This document shows, piece after piece, positions 1-8,603 of a DNA stretch of 33,612 nucleotides. Both the position numbers and the translations under genes were made by a program. Each line of letters opens with the position of its first letter. The first letter of the stretch is position 1. Source of the stretch: a virus (taxonomy: Duplodnaviria; Caudoviricetes). The stretch spans positions 1 through 33,612 of the IMG/VR virus record IMGVR_UViG_3300017777_001518. The stretch is one strand, 5' to 3'. Under the pieces are notes generated by a model, which searched no databases, had not been told where the DNA came from, and worked only from the letters and a program-made list of their open reading frames with translations.

Positions 1-89
1 AGATGAAGTACAACCTCATCTACATAACCTTTGAGTTTTTTCAATGCTTCATCATCATAGGAACCAAATAGTGTATTTACTTTAGTCAT
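1..89 (-). CDS. 5' part of a small protein running off the window edge (MTKVNTLFGSYDDEALKKLKGYVDEVVLH...), possibly DsbA-like dsDNA-binding protein
   Basis: ATG at 89-87 directly after the upstream TAA, with the frame open to the window end. The DsbA-like guess rests only on position and a helical pattern. Confidence 0.45.
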   Translation of the reverse strand, partial: MTKVNTLFGSYDDEALKKLKGYVDEVVLH

Positions 90-90
90 A

Positions 91-300
91 TTAAGCCTTA
101 GAATTATTAACTTCTGCTACAACAGCGTAATCATCTTCTTCACAAACAATACTACCATTTATAAGATTTATACCGGTATAACCGGCCATTTCACTTTTAT
201 TACCTTGACCGTCAACTTCAGGAATTTTAAATACTGCAACCACATGTGCTGGGTTAATAGCAACACGATTCTTGGTAACAGCATCAGTAACATAAAACAT
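91..300 (-). CDS. Small hypothetical protein (69 aa, MFYVTDAVTKNRVAINP...)
   Basis: Start re-called to ATG 300, 1 nt after the g45 stop. The track's longer start overlaps g45. Confidence 0.65.
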   Translation of the reverse strand: MFYVTDAVTKNRVAINPAHVVAVFKIPEVDGQGNKSEMAGYTGINLINGSIVCEEDDYAVVAEVNNSKA

Positions 301-301
301 A

Positions 302-976
302 TTATTCTCCAAATTTAGATTCTTTGGCTTCAATTGCAATCCAATATTGCAAGTCACCTTTTTCATTGGCAAATGATGCCAAACCTTTTGATGAAACTTG
401 TACATCATATGTACCAGGAATCATCTTAAAGTTTTCAACTAGAAAGACGGCTTTATATACTTTATCACTATCGGTTGTACCGATTTCGATTGTATTTGTG
501 TGTGCTGAGTCATCTTTAGCATTGAAGCAGGTAACAGAGATTTTAGAACCATCAGATTCGAAAGCAATATTAGGAGAACCAAGTACAGCAGCATTCTTCA
601 ATGCTTGTGCTAGGTCTTCATCTTTAAGTTTAAAAGAACCATCAACAGATGGTAAAGTCAACTCTTTTTCTGGTGCCGAGACAATCATAGATTTTGCTGT
701 CATACGATACTTAGTCTTAGAACGACCAGATTTAAATACTACATTATTGGAATCAAAATCCAATTCAGTATCTTTACCCAAGGAATGTACTGATAAGAAC
801 TGGTTCAAATCATAGATACAGAAATCTTGTGGAAAGTCATCTGTCAAAGTGGCTTTGGCAAGCACAGTCTTTGTTGATGAGATGGTGGCAATCTTATTGC
901 CCGTTTTGAACTCAATGCCAGAATTAATTCCAGCAAAGTTCTTTAACACATTGAGTGTTTCATTAGATAATTTCAT
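302..976 (-). CDS. 45: DNA polymerase sliding clamp gp45
   Basis: MKLSNETLNVLKNFAGINSGI start, FCIYDLNQFL, C-terminal LQYWIAIE; 224 aa. Confidence 0.95.
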   Translation of the reverse strand: MKLSNETLNVLKNFAGINSGIEFKTGNKIATISSTKTVLAKATLTDDFPQDFCIYDLNQFLSVHSLGKDTELDFDSNNVVFKSGRSKTKYRMTAKSMIVSAPEKELTLPSVDGSFKLKDEDLAQALKNAAVLGSPNIAFESDGSKISVTCFNAKDDSAHTNTIEIGTTDSDKVYKAVFLVENFKMIPGTYDVQVSSKGLASFANEKGDLQYWIAIEAKESKFGE

Positions 977-1638
977 TACGATACTCCTTCATTCATTTCA
1001 CTTATTATACTTGAACCATAAGATTTAGTCAAGCACTTAATCAAGTTAGCCTTTAAATCATCCAAAGTTCCTTGATTATCAATCATGTGGTCTATAGGAC
1101 CACCAATCCAACTCCATTCTGATGCATGAACACCACTATTATCTTCCATAAACCTCAAGGCTTTTAGGTCACCTGTATTTGCTTTACCTGCAATATTATA
1201 CCAATGTGGTTTAGTATCACGTTGTATTTCAATTAGAATACCATTCATATCATGTACAAATTGAATTTCATTTTGAAAACGAACATCAGTAATAACATAA
1301 TGTTGTTCCGGATTACTCATAACATATTGCTTCATCTTGATGACCCAAAAGTTTTTGTGAAATACATCACGACCAACTTCTGTACCCATTAATTGTAGAG
1401 CATATCGTGGTGTGAAGATTTTACCAAATTCTTTGGACCAAAATTCATCAGGTTGTTCACGCCAATCTCTTGATGCTTGTGTATCGCCTTCCAACATGTG
1501 GCGAGGCCAACCAAACATCTCAGCTGCAACATCTTTTACGCCTTTGGCAAAAGACAAAGGTGTGAAACCTATGTCTTTTAGTATGTCTCCTGCGGTGCCT
1601 TTACCTGAACCGATAAATCCAAGTAAGCCGACAATCAT
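976..1638 (-). CDS. Deoxynucleoside monophosphate kinase (gp1-like)
   Basis: P-loop GFIGSGKGT, SFAKGVKD, TPRYALQLMGTEVGR, VITDVRFQNE, HASE. Confidence 0.9.
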   Translation of the reverse strand: MIVGLLGFIGSGKGTAGDILKDIGFTPLSFAKGVKDVAAEMFGWPRHMLEGDTQASRDWREQPDEFWSKEFGKIFTPRYALQLMGTEVGRDVFHKNFWVIKMKQYVMSNPEQHYVITDVRFQNEIQFVHDMNGILIEIQRDTKPHWYNIAGKANTGDLKALRFMEDNSGVHASEWSWIGGPIDHMIDNQGTLDDLKANLIKCLTKSYGSSIISEMNEGVS

Positions 1639-2456
1639 TACATTTCACCAACAAAGTTAGCAACAGCAGGCATATCACCTCTAAAGTGATATGTACCAAT
1701 GTGGTCTGTTTTCATCCAAGGACACAGGTGAATTACACCACCAAGTTTACGCCACATCTGACAGAACATATAATCTTCTGAAAGATAACGGTCAGAACCA
1801 CCACCTGTGATAGATTCTTTGGTGTCAATTACTGTATCAAAGAAAGCGTGAATGTATCGTGTGCCATCAAAGTGTGCTTGACCTACATGGTCTGGTTTGT
1901 AACGAATCTGTGGATATGCTGCTTCCATTTTTGCAAAAACAGTACGGTTGACCAACATAAATCCTGTACCAATTTCTAATACTTCTAGTGGTTCAGTTAC
2001 AGAGAATTTTTCAGTACCCTTAACTGGATTAAAAACGTAATCACCGGTAACACTAGCTAATGAATTGGGATCAATATCAGGATTTCTCTGTACTGCCATC
2101 TTAACTGATTTCCATTTAATGGCTTTCTTAGGATAAGGACCACCAATAACATCTTTATCAAGTGCTAACAATGCAATGACATCTTTTGGATCAAAATGTA
2201 TATCTGCATCTAAAAATAATAGATGTGTACAGTCTGAACGATGGATAAATTCATCCACCAAATAATTTCTGGCCCGAGTAATTAAAGACTCATTGAAAAG
2301 AAATGAAAATTTAATTTGAATACCATATTGCATACAGACGGCTTGTAAATCTAAACAAGCTTTCGCATACAAACCATGATTCATACCACCATACATTGGT
2401 GTGGCTACAAATATACTTTTCTTTTGTAGTTCTTCTTTTTTAACTGAAATTTCCAT
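1638..2456 (-). CDS. GT-A-fold glycosyltransferase-like protein
   Basis: IFVATPMYGG, ESLITRARN, LLFLDADI (DxD), GTGFMLV, YLSEDYMFC, HIG; GGAG RBS. Confidence 0.7.
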   Translation of the reverse strand: MEISVKKEELQKKSIFVATPMYGGMNHGLYAKACLDLQAVCMQYGIQIKFSFLFNESLITRARNYLVDEFIHRSDCTHLLFLDADIHFDPKDVIALLALDKDVIGGPYPKKAIKWKSVKMAVQRNPDIDPNSLASVTGDYVFNPVKGTEKFSVTEPLEVLEIGTGFMLVNRTVFAKMEAAYPQIRYKPDHVGQAHFDGTRYIHAFFDTVIDTKESITGGGSDRYLSEDYMFCQMWRKLGGVIHLCPWMKTDHIGTYHFRGDMPAVANFVGEM

Positions 2457-2472
2457 TTGCTCTCCAAGAAAT

Positions 2473-2510
2473 AAAAAAAAGGGAGTACCACCTTTACGGT
2501 GGTCTCCCTT
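2473..2510 (-). terminator. Intrinsic terminator after the wHTH gene
   Basis: GGGAG(T)ACCACC-tttac-GGTGGTCTCCC stem-loop followed by U8 on the minus strand. Confidence 0.85.
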
Positions 2511-2519
2511 ATAAGTGGA

Positions 2520-2792
2520 TTAAGCGTTAGCTAAATCGTAACCTGCTTTGAGTGCCTTGCGAACCAAAGCTTTAGTTGGCTTACCGATACGATAAGAAGC
2601 AACTTTAACACCATCAGCATTACGCTTAGTGTTAGTGTAGATAACGTGACCTTCTTGACGAAGTTCATCGATACGAGCAGACACATTGGTGACACCAAAG
2701 CGGCGCCGTGCTTGCTCGACTGTGAAGGTGTTGTAACCTTCTGGTTTGCTCAAAGCATTCAACATACGTTGTTTTGCGGATAGTTTAGTCAT
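2520..2792 (-). CDS. Small basic winged helix-turn-helix DNA-binding protein
   Basis: FTVEQARRRFGVTNVSARIDELRQEGHVIYT...ASYRIG is a wHTH pattern; AGGAG RBS; has its own promoter and terminator. Confidence 0.75.
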   Translation of the reverse strand: MTKLSAKQRMLNALSKPEGYNTFTVEQARRRFGVTNVSARIDELRQEGHVIYTNTKRNADGVKVASYRIGKPTKALVRKALKAGYDLANA

Positions 2793-2843
2793 AATTTTCT
2801 CCTAATGACAAAGTTTCAAAGTCTTGTTTTCACAAGTATTCCC

Positions 2844-2872
2844 ATTATACTATTATATAGTACATGTGTCAA
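2844..2872 (-). promoter_or_regulatory. Perfect sigma70 promoter for the wHTH gene
   Basis: TTGACA (2872-2867), 17-nt spacer, TATAAT (2849-2844). Confidence 0.9.
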
Positions 2873-2894
2873 GCATCCTGGCGGCATACTTGAA

Positions 2895-4205
2895 TTATCT
2901 GCCAACTTGTGGCAAATATTTGGCCTTGGTGGTTTCCCAATCCATGAATATCAAGTCATCATAGAACAAAGATTCATAAGATACGGTGTTCTTTTTCTTC
3001 AACATTGATATACGGCCTTTAGCATATTTGGTTTTCCAAATCTGCGTTAAGGCTTCTTCACTGGTATCAAATGATTTAACCAGTTCTTTATCACCAATCT
3101 CCTTACGGAGATATTCATTGGTGTTATCATAGAGAGGAGAAAAATAGATTCCTCTCTGATGCTCTGTACGAATTAATTCTTTTGGTATACCCAACTTAGA
3201 GTAAGCAAAATTAAGTGTTCGATTTTTGTGGTCACGTTTCAATGGCAGACCTTTTGGATTCTTGGCTTCCCACCATTCAAAGTATTTTTCGGTATAGTTT
3301 TCTTTTACCCAATCGTAAACCATGTTGACAGTCTTGCGACTTGGTTCAAAAGCGACCGAGCCAGATGAGAAACCCATTTTATTCCAATGTTCCAAGCCAT
3401 CATACTGAGAAAGACCACCGGACTTTGTATTGCCATAAAGAGAAGTAGTAGTAACACCAACGAGTGTATCTCCATATCTTACCTTCCAATCATTTTGTAC
3501 TGTATCAGATAAACATAATAAGGCAAGTAACTTGCCGCCCATATAATTAAAACCTAATGGTTGCAATGGAACAATTGTGGAACCAATTGCGGTATGATTA
3601 ATCATGTTACCAGTAGTTTTAATATCTCTAGGCCAACCAATGGCCTTATCTCTTGGTGTAAGGTCTAAGAAGTCAGATGAAATACAAATGACACCAAGGT
3701 ACTTTTCGGTTTGTCCATCCATTACTGTGTAGAATAAATTACGACCAATATTAGAATTGTTCTTCATCGTGGAAGAAAAGGTACGTATAGTATTCCAATG
3801 TTCAGCAGTAAAATCTTTATCATCATTACCATTTGATAACTTCAATACAGGTCTTAATTTTTCATAATCATCTGGTTCTTTTGGCATCCAAAATTTTGAC
3901 TTAACTTGATTAACCATTTTACTTTGGTTCATATCAACCAATTGTACTTGAGAAGAACTACTTGTATCATCAAAGAAGGATAATATTGTATTCATTTCTC
4001 TGGTTGGATACCTTTCATGTACTTCTAACCATTTCTGATATAAGGTGTATTCACGTACATCCATTTTAGATGCATATGATAAATCACTAATCAATTTTGT
4101 TTTAACTTCTTCGGTATCAATGTGAGTAAAGCGTTCTGGTTCATTTTGAATTTGCCATAGACGCCATTGTTCATCAACAGGAGGTATTTCTTTTTTAGTT
4201 GCCAT
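2895..4205 (-). CDS. DruA/DUF4338-like protein
   Basis: NIGRNLFY, VPLQPLGFNYMGGKLLALL, RYGDTLVGVTTTSLYG, SQYDGLEHWNKMGFSSG, HQRGIY resemble Druantia DruA motifs, recalled rather than searched. Confidence 0.75.
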   Translation of the reverse strand: MATKKEIPPVDEQWRLWQIQNEPERFTHIDTEEVKTKLISDLSYASKMDVREYTLYQKWLEVHERYPTREMNTILSFFDDTSSSSQVQLVDMNQSKMVNQVKSKFWMPKEPDDYEKLRPVLKLSNGNDDKDFTAEHWNTIRTFSSTMKNNSNIGRNLFYTVMDGQTEKYLGVICISSDFLDLTPRDKAIGWPRDIKTTGNMINHTAIGSTIVPLQPLGFNYMGGKLLALLCLSDTVQNDWKVRYGDTLVGVTTTSLYGNTKSGGLSQYDGLEHWNKMGFSSGSVAFEPSRKTVNMVYDWVKENYTEKYFEWWEAKNPKGLPLKRDHKNRTLNFAYSKLGIPKELIRTEHQRGIYFSPLYDNTNEYLRKEIGDKELVKSFDTSEEALTQIWKTKYAKGRISMLKKKNTVSYESLFYDDLIFMDWETTKAKYLPQVGR

Positions 4206-4821
4206 TAACTTGTTGTTTTGCTAGTTGTGCCATAACTTTAGGATTAAAATACTTTCGGCGAATCTTATTAAGCTTCTTCAAAGCAAACTGAAATGCCAAA
4301 GGTTTTACACGACTAGTATACACTATCCCGTTCATATGGTCAAGCTCATGGAGAAAACATCTTGCACTTATGCCATCGAAAGTTGCTTCTCTTTTCTCAC
4401 CTGTGAAATCCTGGTATTCCACCTTAATCTTTTTCGGTCTGGTAACTCTCAACATCAATAATGGGAAAGTTAGGCAACCTTCTTCCATGTGTGTTTCACC
4501 TTCCAGTTCAATTATTTTTGGATTGTAACAGGCAATAAAATCATCATTAGCTCCCATCACAAATACACGGTGTTCAAATCCACATTGATTGGCGGATAAA
4601 CCTAGACCATTTTGTGATTTGCAGGTTTCAACAAGTGAGGAAGCAAAGTCATTCGGATTAATTGATGCATTATCAAAATCAAATTCTGGTAAAACTTTAT
4701 GTAGAGCTGGATGTGAACCATCAACCAAATCAAATGTTTCAATTTCTATTTCTACTGGTTTTGGAATCTTTGCTCTATCTTTGGTGTCATATAAAACAAT
4801 ATCGTCTGTTTGTGTACTCAT
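4195..4821 (-). CDS. def: Peptide deformylase
   Basis: All three PDF motifs present: GLGLSANQ, EGCLT, HELDH. Confidence 0.93.
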   Translation of the reverse strand: MSTQTDDIVLYDTKDRAKIPKPVEIEIETFDLVDGSHPALHKVLPEFDFDNASINPNDFASSLVETCKSQNGLGLSANQCGFEHRVFVMGANDDFIACYNPKIIELEGETHMEEGCLTFPLLMLRVTRPKKIKVEYQDFTGEKREATFDGISARCFLHELDHMNGIVYTSRVKPLAFQFALKKLNKIRRKYFNPKVMAQLAKQQVNGN

Positions 4822-6536
4822 TTTGCAATCCTTGAAAAGTTTCCTTTTTTCTCAAACTTAATGACCGAACGGAACTTATCGAACAGTTGGTCCCCTTTAT
4901 GTGAAATGACAAACACGTTTGTATCTTGTCCCATTTCATGTATCAATTTTAAAAATTCTTCTGTACCAACTGTATCAAGACTGGAATCAAACACCTCATC
5001 TAGTATCAATAGGTTTGTATTGGTAGAGTTTTTTAACTTGGCAATTTGTCGCCATGTAAAAAGGAGTGCTAAGTCTATACGCATCTTCTCACCTTCGGAG
5101 AAATTGGCATAAGAGAATTCATCACGATGTCTACTCTTAATAGTCTCTTCAAAGTTTTCATTAATGTTAAAGTTGACAAAGAAGTCCATTGCAGTCAGGT
5201 ACTTGTTAATCAACTTATTCATAATAGGTAAATATTGTTTAATGATTTTGGTTTTGATACCAGTATCTTTCAATAGAGAACCTGCAAACTCATAATAATG
5301 TTTTTCATTCATTAGTTCTTCGTATGCCGTATTGAATTCAAACATCTCAGATTTCAATTCAAGTAACTTTTGGTTATCAGTTTGTGGACTATTAACCTTG
5401 ACTGATAGTTCATCAATTTGTTTGTTTAACTTATCGATATATGTACTGATGGCTCTCATCGTGGCATTATGTTCTGTCACCTGATTTTGATGTTCAATAA
5501 TGTGTTGGATAATCTTTGTGATTTCCGTCATTTCATTGGTAATATTTTCAAGTTCAGTTTCTACCTCAGTGAGGCCGGTCTTCTGTGTGCCTAATTTATT
5601 AGTACGTTCTTCAACTTGTTGTTCTTTGAAATCTGGTTCAATAGATTGTTTACAAGTAGGACAGTTATCATTATGTTGGTAGAATTCAATATCTTTTTCA
5701 TTCTTTTTGATATTGTTTTCAATCTTACCTTTAACTTGAAATAAACCTTTAGATTTCTTTTCCAGTTTTTCTTTCTTATCACCAATCTTTGAGTTCAATA
5801 CCGAAACATGTTTGTTAATCAATTCAATATCGTTTTGTAATTTATTATGTTGTTCTTTTGAAGTCATGACTTCAGCTAGTGTTTTGGCAATTTCATCATC
5901 ATTATGTTTCTTATGTTCTTCAATGTTCTGTAACTGTAGTTTAATTTTTTCTTCCGTTAGAGATATGCCGTACTTGGCTTTGGTTATATCATCTTTAAAA
6001 ACGGATAGTTTTTCTTTGACCACAGAGTTCATTGACGAAAAGATTTGGATGTCGAGTAGGTCCTCGATAATAGTTCTACGGTCATTGGCAGATAATTGCA
6101 TGAACGGAACAAATGATGCTGAACCAAGGATTACCACCTGCGTGAAGGACTTGTAGTTTAATTTGAGAATTTGTTTCTCTAGTACTTCCTGATAGTCTTT
6201 TGCAGCGGCATCCTGGTTCAGCAAAACATCATTGACATAAATTTCAAACGTATTAGGTTTAATACCACGTATAACTTTATACTGTTTTTGGCCAATATTA
6301 AAAAAGATTTCAACAACACAGTCTTTTGTGTTAATAGAATTTACCAGTTGTGGTTTATTTATCTTACGAAACGGCTTACCAAACAGACCAAAACATAATG
6401 CATCCAGAATAGTAGATTTACCAGCACCATTTTGACCAATAATCAAAGTGTTCTGTGACTTGGTAAAATTAATTTCTGTGAAATGAGCACCGGTAGAAAG
6501 AAAATTCTTCCACCTAACTTTTTGGAATAATATCAT
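4818..6536 (-). CDS. 46: Recombination endonuclease ATPase subunit gp46 (SbcC/Rad50-like)
   Basis: Walker A GQNGAGKST, zinc hook CPTC, FSEGEK signature, LILDEVFD, ISH. Confidence 0.96.
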   Translation of the reverse strand: MILFQKVRWKNFLSTGAHFTEINFTKSQNTLIIGQNGAGKSTILDALCFGLFGKPFRKINKPQLVNSINTKDCVVEIFFNIGQKQYKVIRGIKPNTFEIYVNDVLLNQDAAAKDYQEVLEKQILKLNYKSFTQVVILGSASFVPFMQLSANDRRTIIEDLLDIQIFSSMNSVVKEKLSVFKDDITKAKYGISLTEEKIKLQLQNIEEHKKHNDDEIAKTLAEVMTSKEQHNKLQNDIELINKHVSVLNSKIGDKKEKLEKKSKGLFQVKGKIENNIKKNEKDIEFYQHNDNCPTCKQSIEPDFKEQQVEERTNKLGTQKTGLTEVETELENITNEMTEITKIIQHIIEHQNQVTEHNATMRAISTYIDKLNKQIDELSVKVNSPQTDNQKLLELKSEMFEFNTAYEELMNEKHYYEFAGSLLKDTGIKTKIIKQYLPIMNKLINKYLTAMDFFVNFNINENFEETIKSRHRDEFSYANFSEGEKMRIDLALLFTWRQIAKLKNSTNTNLLILDEVFDSSLDTVGTEEFLKLIHEMGQDTNVFVISHKGDQLFDKFRSVIKFEKKGNFSRIAK

Positions 6537-7606
6537 GCTTGTTCAGTATTCAAAGCTTCAACGTAAAGTTCTTTAAGAATGTTTTTTAATTTGGTATTAT
6601 CAATATTATCTTCTGATATACCATCTACATATTTGTTTAATATAGTGATTGTATCTTCGGCTTCGTTAATCAATTCTTCATCATCAAAAGATAATTCAGT
6701 AAAGTCTTCCGCAATAGTAATGTCGATTGGATTGACATTATACAGGTTATTCATAAACTTGTCAAATAGGTACGGGTTGGTTTTGTTAATCACCACCACT
6801 TTAACATAGGTATTCTTATATTCAGATAGGTCTTTACCATCAATTTCTTTAATGGTATCTACCTTATCGTCATACAGGATTTTGTGGAACATACGATTTG
6901 GATTTGGTATGAATTGTATTTCATCTTTCCAAAAATCCATTAAATGAAAGCCTCTGGTATCATTATAATCTTGCCATGTGAGTTCATATGGATTACCAAG
7001 ATAATAGATACCATCAGCATTTGATTTGTGGTGATAATGACCAGAAAATGTATAATCAAATTTATTGAATATAGACCGGTCTAAACCATCTTGAGATGGC
7101 ATACCACGATGCATAGCAAAGCCAGCAATTTCAAGGTGACCCATACAAATTGTAGCATCAGTCTCTTTGATAAACTGTAATGTTTGTTCGTAATTGTCGG
7201 CACATATCCATGGTACCATTGCAATTGGTTTAGGTCCAATGTAGATGGTTTCTGGTTCTGTGATAACATGAATGTTACCATATTCTGCCAATAATAAGTC
7301 AACAGAGTTTACATCATTTGTATTCTTAAAGTATGTGTCGTGGTTACCAGCCAACATAAAGACTTCGCAACTTAACTCTTGTAACGGGTCAAAAAACATC
7401 TCTTTGGTACGCTTGAGAGAATAGAAGTTAACATACTTTCTACGGTCAAACGTATCACCTAGAATCAAAACAAATTTGATTTGTTCTTCTTTGATTTTAG
7501 GAAAGAATGTTTCATGGTAGAATTTCTCATAGAAATCTAAGAAGTGAACCGAATCGTTTCGAGCTCCAAAGTGTTGGTCAGTGATAACAGCAATTTTCAT
7601 ATTCAT
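6533..7606 (-). CDS. 47: Recombination endonuclease nuclease subunit gp47 (SbcD/Mre11-like)
   Basis: TDQHFG, LGDTFD, GNHD, GHLE, SGHYH phosphoesterase motifs; adjacent to g46. Confidence 0.96.
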   Translation of the reverse strand: MNMKIAVITDQHFGARNDSVHFLDFYEKFYHETFFPKIKEEQIKFVLILGDTFDRRKYVNFYSLKRTKEMFFDPLQELSCEVFMLAGNHDTYFKNTNDVNSVDLLLAEYGNIHVITEPETIYIGPKPIAMVPWICADNYEQTLQFIKETDATICMGHLEIAGFAMHRGMPSQDGLDRSIFNKFDYTFSGHYHHKSNADGIYYLGNPYELTWQDYNDTRGFHLMDFWKDEIQFIPNPNRMFHKILYDDKVDTIKEIDGKDLSEYKNTYVKVVVINKTNPYLFDKFMNNLYNVNPIDITIAEDFTELSFDDEELINEAEDTITILNKYVDGISEDNIDNTKLKNILKELYVEALNTEQA

Positions 7607-7612
7607 AACAAG

Positions 7613-7641
7613 ATTATAACACTATTCTATAAATTTTTCAA
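7613..7641 (-). promoter_or_regulatory. sigma70-type promoter for g47
   Basis: TTGAAA, 17 nt, TATAAT with an extended -10 TG. Confidence 0.75.
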
Positions 7642-8161
7642 TACCTTTTGGATTCTTTGCCGCTTTGGAGTCTTTCTTTGCCTGTTTGGCATCCTCATAT
7701 GTCTCAATAAACTCTGATATGTTATCGTACAATTCAAACTGTCTAGATGTACCATCTTCATATTCCATCATCTCAAACTCATCTAGAATACCCATCTGTT
7801 CTGTGGCTTTATACTTCACATACAGTTGTTTCTTTTCTTTCTGTATTCGTCTAAGGAAGGCATAGTAAATGATTTGAGTAAAGTAGGCAAATGGATTCTT
7901 TGATTTGGTTTCATCAAAGTTGGCAAAATACATAAGACAGTTTTCAATACCATCCGAAATCATTTCATCTCGGTAAGTGTAGTTAATAAAGTTTGGCTTA
8001 TGTGATAGACCTTCGGCAATCTTCATAAAGCATTCACCTATGTAGTTCGGTATACGAGGTTCAGGTAAATTATTGTCGATTGCTTCTTTTTTCTTTGTCT
8101 TGTATTCGACCAAAGCTGTTAGAAAATCTCCGTTATTAATATAATGTTTTTGTTTACTCAT
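7622..8161 (-). CDS. 55: Late transcription sigma factor gp55
   Basis: HYINNGDF, YIGECFMKIAEGLSHKPNFINY, EMISDGIENC, NPFAYFTQI. Confidence 0.96.
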   Translation of the reverse strand: MSKQKHYINNGDFLTALVEYKTKKKEAIDNNLPEPRIPNYIGECFMKIAEGLSHKPNFINYTYRDEMISDGIENCLMYFANFDETKSKNPFAYFTQIIYYAFLRRIQKEKKQLYVKYKATEQMGILDEFEMMEYEDGTSRQFELYDNISEFIETYEDAKQAKKDSKAAKNPKGIEKFIE

Positions 8162-8183
8162 TCAAATGTACCATAAAAAGTTG

Positions 8184-8212
8184 TTGACAAGGGGCTTGAC
8201 ATGTGTTATAGT
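8184..8212 (+). promoter_or_regulatory. Antisense sigma70-type promoter
   Basis: TTGACA (8184-8189), 17 nt, TATAGT (8207-8212) with an extended TG; a second TTGACA lies at 8196-8201. Confidence 0.65.
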
Positions 8213-8237
8213 CCTCGGTGTTCCCCTATGATATATA

Positions 8238-8603
8238 TTAATGAAGGTCAGCTTCATCTATATTCTCCAATTCAGCTAATGCTTCCATTAACTGATGAGA
8301 TTCTTCTTCGGTTTGTTTCTTACCATTAAACTTATTCATCTTAGTTATTGTTTCATGGTAATACTCAGCGAATTCATCGGAAGGTTCAATCAAGCAAAGA
8401 ACCTCTTCCGTTTTAATCTTAACCGTATTTACTTTCATCAAAGATAAAGGTAGCCAATTTTGCATTACCAAATTGGTGTTTCTTACCTCAAACATCATTG
8501 GTGTTTCAAGCTCCATCATAGTTTCATCTTCTGATGTATAATTAAAATGACAAACAACATCCAATCCATCTTTAAAACGAACAATTTTTATATTATTTTC
8601 CAT
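8238..8603 (-). CDS. Hypothetical protein between uvsW and g55 (possibly Sm-like)
   Basis: IKIVRFKDGLDVVC...P...NWLP pattern, in a position typical of environmental T4-likes. Confidence 0.7.
   Translation of the reverse strand: MENNIKIVRFKDGLDVVCHFNYTSEDETMMELETPMMFEVRNTNLVMQNWLPLSLMKVNTVKIKTEEVLCLIEPSDEFAEYYHETITKMNKFNGKKQTEEESHQLMEALAELENIDEADLH

Noticed and set aside
301-408. Long N-terminal starts given by the track (408 here; also 10113, 11096, 15241, 21448, 29829)
   Set aside because: They overlap neighbouring genes or promoters. Downstream starts fit the RBS or coupling better.
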